Assembly: GCA_043228905.1 (NCBI GenBank)
Contig: JBHGNT010000184.1
Span: 1-57,621, forward strand
From: Azolla caroliniana
Taxonomy: Eukaryota > Plantae > Polypodiophyta
DNA: 57,621 nucleotides
Direction: 5' to 3'
Shown here: positions 51,244 through 57,621 of the stretch, piece after piece
Position numbering within the stretch: position 1 is the stretch's first letter
How the letters are laid out: each line of letters starts with the position of its first letter
Notes under the pieces: model-generated
What the model was told of the DNA's origin: nothing
Databases searched by the model: none
What the model saw: only the letters and a program-made list of their open reading frames with translations
Made by a program: the position numbers and the translations under genes

Positions 51244-52070
51244 TCATCACCATGGCTTCACAATATGTTTGATCTTTATCTACCATGGTTGTATGACTAC
51301 AAGCTTTCCAACCGGATTTGCTAAAACTCCATTTCTTCTCATCTGGCCATACCCTGCAAATGTGACAGAATTAGGAGAGAGATTCTCTTCTTTTGCATCC
51401 ACTCAAAAGCATTAAGAGACTACTCTTCAAGCTCCTAGTGCACATAATCTGTAAACAATGTATTCCATGTCAGTGTATTCCATGTCAAGCATGTCAATGT
51501 ATTCCATATCAAGCATGTCAATGTATTCCATGTCAAGCATGTCAATGTATTCCATGTCATCACCATGGCTTCACAATATGTTTGACCTTTATCTACCATG
51601 GTTGTATGACTACAAGCTTTCCAACCGGATTTGCTAAAACTCCATTTCTTCTCATCTGGCCATACCCTACAAATTTGACGGAATTAGGAGAGAGATTCTC
51701 TTCTTTTGCATCCACTCAAAAGCATTAAGAGTCTACTCTTCAAGCTCCTAGTGCACATAACCTGTAAACAATGTATTCCATGTCAGTGTATTCCATGTCA
51801 AGCATGTCAATGTATTCCATGTCATCACCAAGGCTTCACAATATGTTTGACCTTTATCTACCATGGTTGTATGACTACAAGCTTTCCAACCGGATTTGCT
51901 AAAACTCCATTTCTTCTCATCTGGCCATACCCTGCAAATGTGACAGAATTAGGAGAGAGATTTTCTTCTTTTGCATCTACTCAAAAGCATTAAGAGTCTG
52001 CTCTTCAAGCTCCTAGTGCACATAACCTGTAAACAATGTATTCCATGTTAGTGTATTCCATGTCAAGCAC
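51244..52070 (-). repeat. ~3 tandem copies of a 265-313 bp unit, each carrying one decayed PLS-type PPR motif
   Basis: Minus strand reads TWNTLFTGYVH*ELEE.TLNAFEWMQKKRIS/PNSVTFAG. Unit junctions contain a variable number of 24-bp AAGCATGTCAATGTATTCCATGTC subrepeats. Confidence 0.8.
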
Positions 52071-52214
52071 TGCCTTTTGCTCATGCCACATTTCACATCA
52101 TATCTACTAGTGTATTTCCAACAAGTTGGCTTTTTCAGAAAAGCTCTTTCCTCTCTGAATTGAAATGTATCTCCTCGCCCTTGTTTGTGGATCTAATGCA
52201 CCCACAAGCTTTCA

Positions 52215-52541
<327 letters not shown>

Positions 52542-55500
52542 TCACTGCAAGAACATTTTCATGATTCATGTGAGCAAGAATCTTAATTTCCTCAAGCATA
52601 TGAAAAGACTAGTTCTCTACTAAAATCCACTCTCCTCAGACCCTCACTAAACTTTGCTTCTGCCTCCGCCACCATCTTTGCTCATCGTTATATAAACTAT
52701 AAACAAAAATGTGCTTCAAATATTTCCACATCAGCCATCTCTCCATTTTCCTTGAAATTCCTGCATAGACAACCAAGAAAAATTTAGCTGTCCCAATCCA
52801 CTCATGACGTTAACAACATTCTCGCTCATCCTTTCAAAAAAATAAACAGCTTCCTTTTCCACAACATCCATCTTGGCAATCACTGCTCGTTTTCAACAAT
52901 TTCCTATACCTACTCATAATATTCTGCTTCACCCCCCACACCGTCTTTGCTCATCCTTATCCCTCAAAAAATCCTTCTTACGTCCACATCAACCATCTCG
53001 CCGATTACCGCCAAATTCCAACTCATGATAATTGTTTCATCAACCCCCACACCATCTACACTCATCCTTATCGCTCAGAAGAAATTGCTTCTTACATCCA
53101 TAACAACCATCTCGCCTTCTCGCTAATCGGCACCAAAATTTGGCTTGTCATGTCCTTGATTTCCTTCCATCAAGCATCCTGCCATATAGACCACAAACAA
53201 ATTAAACAATCACATAAAGTACTTCATGTGTGGTGGATGATTTTGCACCGAGCCTTGCTTGTTAGTATGTGACTACACAAAATGATTGTATCCTTTAAGT
53301 GTGATTAGTGTTATTTGCTGAATGAATCACACGAACATTGTCTATGGGATTGCCTTGAGTCTCAATTGGTATGGAAACGTCAATTGTGAATCTTTGCCAA
53401 CTACCAATCACAATCATTATTCACATGGAGAATGGTGGTTTGGACATCAGTTGTCTGCTCTATGTTCCATTATGATGATGAGTCTCTAGACCATGCTTTT
53501 AGCGCTTGGTTCAGAACAATTCAGGCAATTCCGTTTGTGATTGTGTAGTTATTTGGAAGAACAAAGGAGATGCAACCCTTACATGAATTACTGAGTAGTA
53601 CACAAATTACTACATTTGGAAGGCTCGATACTCCTCCATTTATCATCAAATTAGGGGCTCACGAGTTGAAGTGGTGTGTAACATTTCGTTTGACATGGTC
53701 CATACATTAAAAGGACAATGGTATGATTTTAATGGGGATCCATATCCTAAATTTGCTCAATGTCTCCAATTTATTAGTCTTTGGAAAGATACTCCGCATT
53801 TGTCTTGTAAAGGTGGTACCCTTATTGACGTTTTCAACCACCAAGTGGGTTGTTCCCTCCACTAGTCACTTGAGAAGCAAATTTCTATGTATATATGTTT
53901 ATACTCATGAATGGATATCTTATAACGCAAACAAACATAATAAATGTTCATTGGGCAATTCCAAACAAAGAAGCAATAAACATAGCACTTGCATTAGGCA
54001 ATTCTTAGTGGGTGGTCACATCCAATTTGCATTCATTCATATGCTTGCATTTAGGAAAAGATAGAGGAACTCAAATATCCACATTTGACCAAGAGGTAAT
54101 TTAACCTAATGACCTTCATTTGAAGGTCAAAACATTAATGTTAAGCTATCATGCATATGCGAGATTAGTTCATCTTGCTAAAGCTATTCCATTGGATGAT
54201 TTAGAGAATGTGGGGTTCAAATTTAGTAAATAAGCATGTTTATAGTTATGAATCAAGGAACGCAATTTACAAGGCCCAAGTTCTAAAATAGACTGAAAAA
54301 ACAAATGTAATTGTGCATTGTGCCTTTAGTTTTATGCATTGTGGACATTGTTGTAATCCTTTCCTTTCTCTATATTCCAATTTTGTAATGAAATTAGGGT
54401 AATCCTCGAGGAGAAGTGAGAAAGTCTCTACAACTAGTACAAATCAGGGTAGAATCGAGGACAGAATTTCATAATGAGTCGAAGTTGTGTGATGAACCTG
54501 TGAAAACTAATTTGCATTCCATTGAAGTGATTTTGGCAAATTGATTTTTGGTTGTGGTTTGTCTGTACCAAGATTTGGCAACATAGACATGACATATAGA
54601 AACTTGCAAAAGGAATATTCTATTTCACATGTAAGGATTGGTGTCAAACGCCAAGAGCTCGCACAATGGGGTGGATGGATGAGAGGGTGAATGATTTTGA
54701 TGAGTGAATTCAATTGAAGAATGAATGAATTCATATATTTGATTAGAGGATTTGGGTGGTCAACAATATTTTTTTGAGTCATGAACCATTTCAAGTCAGG
54801 GGAGTAATGTGAGAATTAATGTAATCCAAGCATGACTAGTGTGCGTACATGTGTACAAACTTCAAAGCTCAAGGATCTATATGCAATCACCATGTGCGAA
54901 ACTCAAGAAACAAATGAACGACATGACTATATATGGTAACCATAGAGAGTCAATGTTATGTCATTGTGAGGTCAATGTAACATTGTATTTGCAAAACCAA
55001 TCTCATTGGTCACAGTTATGAGGGCTACATGGGTAACAATTTTCAACCACCCAATCACCTTACCATTCACATATATCAACATTCTTGACATTGAGGATAA
55101 TTTCAAGGGTTAAATTTTAATTGCAAGTATATGTGTGGCATATGATATATATTTGAACATGAAATTGATTTGAGGTCAATAACTTTCATGTTACGAAAAG
55201 GACATATGCTTTTGCATTAGGATAAGTGCACTTCACACGCTTTTGTCATAGGATCTAAGTCACAAACTAAAAACAATGTTTGAATTCTTTTTAGACATGC
55301 ATTATTGTTTTCCCTTGTATAGGGGCTCCCCATCACACACACCCATAATAGTTTCGAATATTTGTACTTTTCACAACATATATTATTATTATTTCACCTC
55401 TTAATTGGGTGTAACATTCATTATTTCAAGCTCTACAATAGCGGTGTGGTCCATGGAGTTAATTTGAGAGACAATGTAAGGGTCTTATGAACAATGTTTC

Positions 55501-57621
55501 CAAATATTTGAAATTCTAGTTGCATGCCCATGGGTGGCATAATGGACCTAATAAGGCTCATTACATATATCATACATAACTCTTGGGTTTTATAATCCTC
55601 ACTCCTTATGTAGTGAATAAATCAAGTTCAAAACATTATGTGCTATTAAAAGTGAACTTATTTATGATTTGAAAGGTGACAACTACACATTGTGCTACTT
55701 CACTTGGATCTTGTCTAGGTTGCTCATTAATGTAGAAAGAGGACATTTATATTATATATGATAAAGAGATCTCAAGTATAGAAGTGAGTGCAGAATTTGT
55801 TTCTAGCGTATGTGAAATGAATGGGTCACAAAGGCGATCTTCCATCCCAAAAGTTTAAAGCCTCATTCTAGTATAAATTAGTCCCAACGTTATGCATTAT
55901 TGAACAAATAGAAATCAACGTCTTGCCACCTCTTTGAACTTTTGTATCTTACTTTTATACACATATACATATACTCCACACTTCAAGAAAAATAAATTAT
56001 GAGTTTGCTTGTAATAGAATGCAGAAGAGATTGGCACGACGCCTCTTTTCATAAGGTTACAATTTAATTGAAGAAAGCATGGACGACTATATTAGCATGG
56101 GGATAAGGTCGAATATGTGATAGGTGTTACACTCGAGAAGCTTAGCATCATAGCGAAACATTTGATTTATTGGTGTCATGACAAAGTACAAAGACAAACG
56201 CTTATTACTAAAAGAAACAAAGGCGAAACATAGAAAGGGAGACCAAGAGACATATGGATGTTTTACCCAACACAAGGGGCCATGTGACGGGAGCATACTA
56301 GTGCTACCTGGTATGATGATGTTGTCATGCATAATAAGCTCTTTCGTTCTTGCACATACTTTGCATATACACGAATGCACATAGGAGACATAAATACGTG
56401 CTTGTTTTAGTAATACCTTGTATTACACATGAAAAACCTCAAATTGAAATAATAAACCCACAAAATAGTCCATATGTATGTGCACATATACATATATAAC
56501 CATATTTTATTTGTTAAATGATCTCCTTTCTGAAAATTGAAAATGTCCTCTTTTGTTTTTTAAGCAATGTCTAAATTTATGTTTATGCTTTTCTCTTGAA
56601 AATTAACGTCTTATGTTTTGTAATAATAAAACGAATGTCATATGTGTATAATTTAGAAGTATATATTTGTGAGAAATATTGAATATTAGGACTACAGTGT
56701 CGACAAATCTACGGGTTTAGCATCTAGCCTGTTTATAATAGTTGAATAATTACATGCCTTATGAGCGTCACAACTCTCATTATTTCATGTTCTCCTTCTT
56801 TTTAGAACAAAAAAATGAATTTCATAATGTTCATTTATCTTCAACATGTCTTCGGATGCTTCATGAATTGTTGAAACCTGAGCCTTTTCTAGTATAAACA
56901 CCCTTAAGTTTAATTTTTCTTAATTGATTGTTCTTTTCAAAATAGCATAATGGTTTCTTAAATTTATGATAAAAGGACTAGAATTTCACCTTCAACCGGA
57001 TCAACACAAGTTGGTAATAAAGCACAATGATATCTCAATCTTATTCTTTTTTTTTCCCCCAAAATGAAGCTACTTTCCCATTAGTTAGGAAGGATTATTA
57101 CAAAGAGATTGTACAAGGAGGCTTATACATAGATCGGGGAATCTTATTCTTGTTTTCTTCTCCTTCTCAGCAAATGCAAGTGTTCAACAATCATATTGTT
57201 GATACATAACCTCTCTTTTGCCTTAATAGACACGCTGCACAACGAATATTTTGGATTTGGAAGAGGGAGTGAGGATATCCTACGAATAGACCATGGGATC
57301 GTGGAAATGAGTTTTGTGACTTGTTGAGATCATTATTAGGCATATAGTTCATGTTAAAACACATAGAATATTCTTCTCTCCTCACAAAACCCAAAAGCAA
57401 AAAACTTCTTCCACCCCACGAAGGTGTTTTCTTGAGAGCAGTCAAACAATACGTCTACTGGGAAGAGAGCTTGGATTTTTTCCCTTCTACATGTCCATTC
57501 GTATGCTAAACTACTTCATATCCTGAATATCCTTGTGACTCATTTTGGTGAATGCTCTTTCTTTCACAAACATTAACAAGTTTTTATAACATCTAATTAT
57601 CATAAGAATAAAGATAACATC

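Noticed and set aside
51393-51993. Cys-rich metallothionein-like ORFs (CIPCQACQCIPC)
   Set aside because: They have TTG starts and are the antisense reading of a 24-bp subrepeat derived from a decayed PPR motif. There is no independent coding evidence.
51244-52070. CRISPR-like repeat/spacer array
   Set aside because: The inter-repeat sequences are copies of each other rather than unique spacers, there are no cas genes, and the context is eukaryotic.
53300-57621. Short ORFs in the AT-rich right end, including 57191-57445
   Set aside because: No recognisable motifs or consistent splice structure. Probably intergenic or decayed TE sequence, though an exon of a gene outside the window cannot be excluded.

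Overview
This is eukaryotic land-plant nuclear DNA, probably a fern or other non-seed plant (inferred from gene families, PPR motif style and repeats). It is not a prokaryotic locus, and there is no CRISPR array or rRNA. Genes in order: a tandem pair of sacsin/NO-VEIN-like GHKL-ATPase genes (copy 1 a frameshifted pseudogene, copy 2 intact), an intronless TPR gene on the minus strand, a 16-exon bifunctional mRNA capping enzyme, two tandem 9-exon CYP85-clan P450s and a 3-exon DeSI/PPPDE peptidase. Interspersed are LTR (Gypsy- and Copia-type) and LINE relics, tRNA-derived SINE heads and microsatellites. The most notable structures are: (i) a 2.2 kb poly(A)-tailed insertion flanked by a perfect 21-bp target-site duplication that fuses MAPK and triplicated PPR fragments; (ii) a duplication junction that places the intact sacsin-like copy behind a copy of the TPR gene upstream region, with mosaic divergence between the two copies; (iii) a perfect 247-bp duplication creating an in-frame pseudo-exon in the capping enzyme; (iv) a CpG-rich, gene-like 1.4 kb segment of unknown origin. 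I cannot support a wholly new biological system from sequence alone. Alignments and splice sites were read by eye, so coordinates may be off by a few bases.
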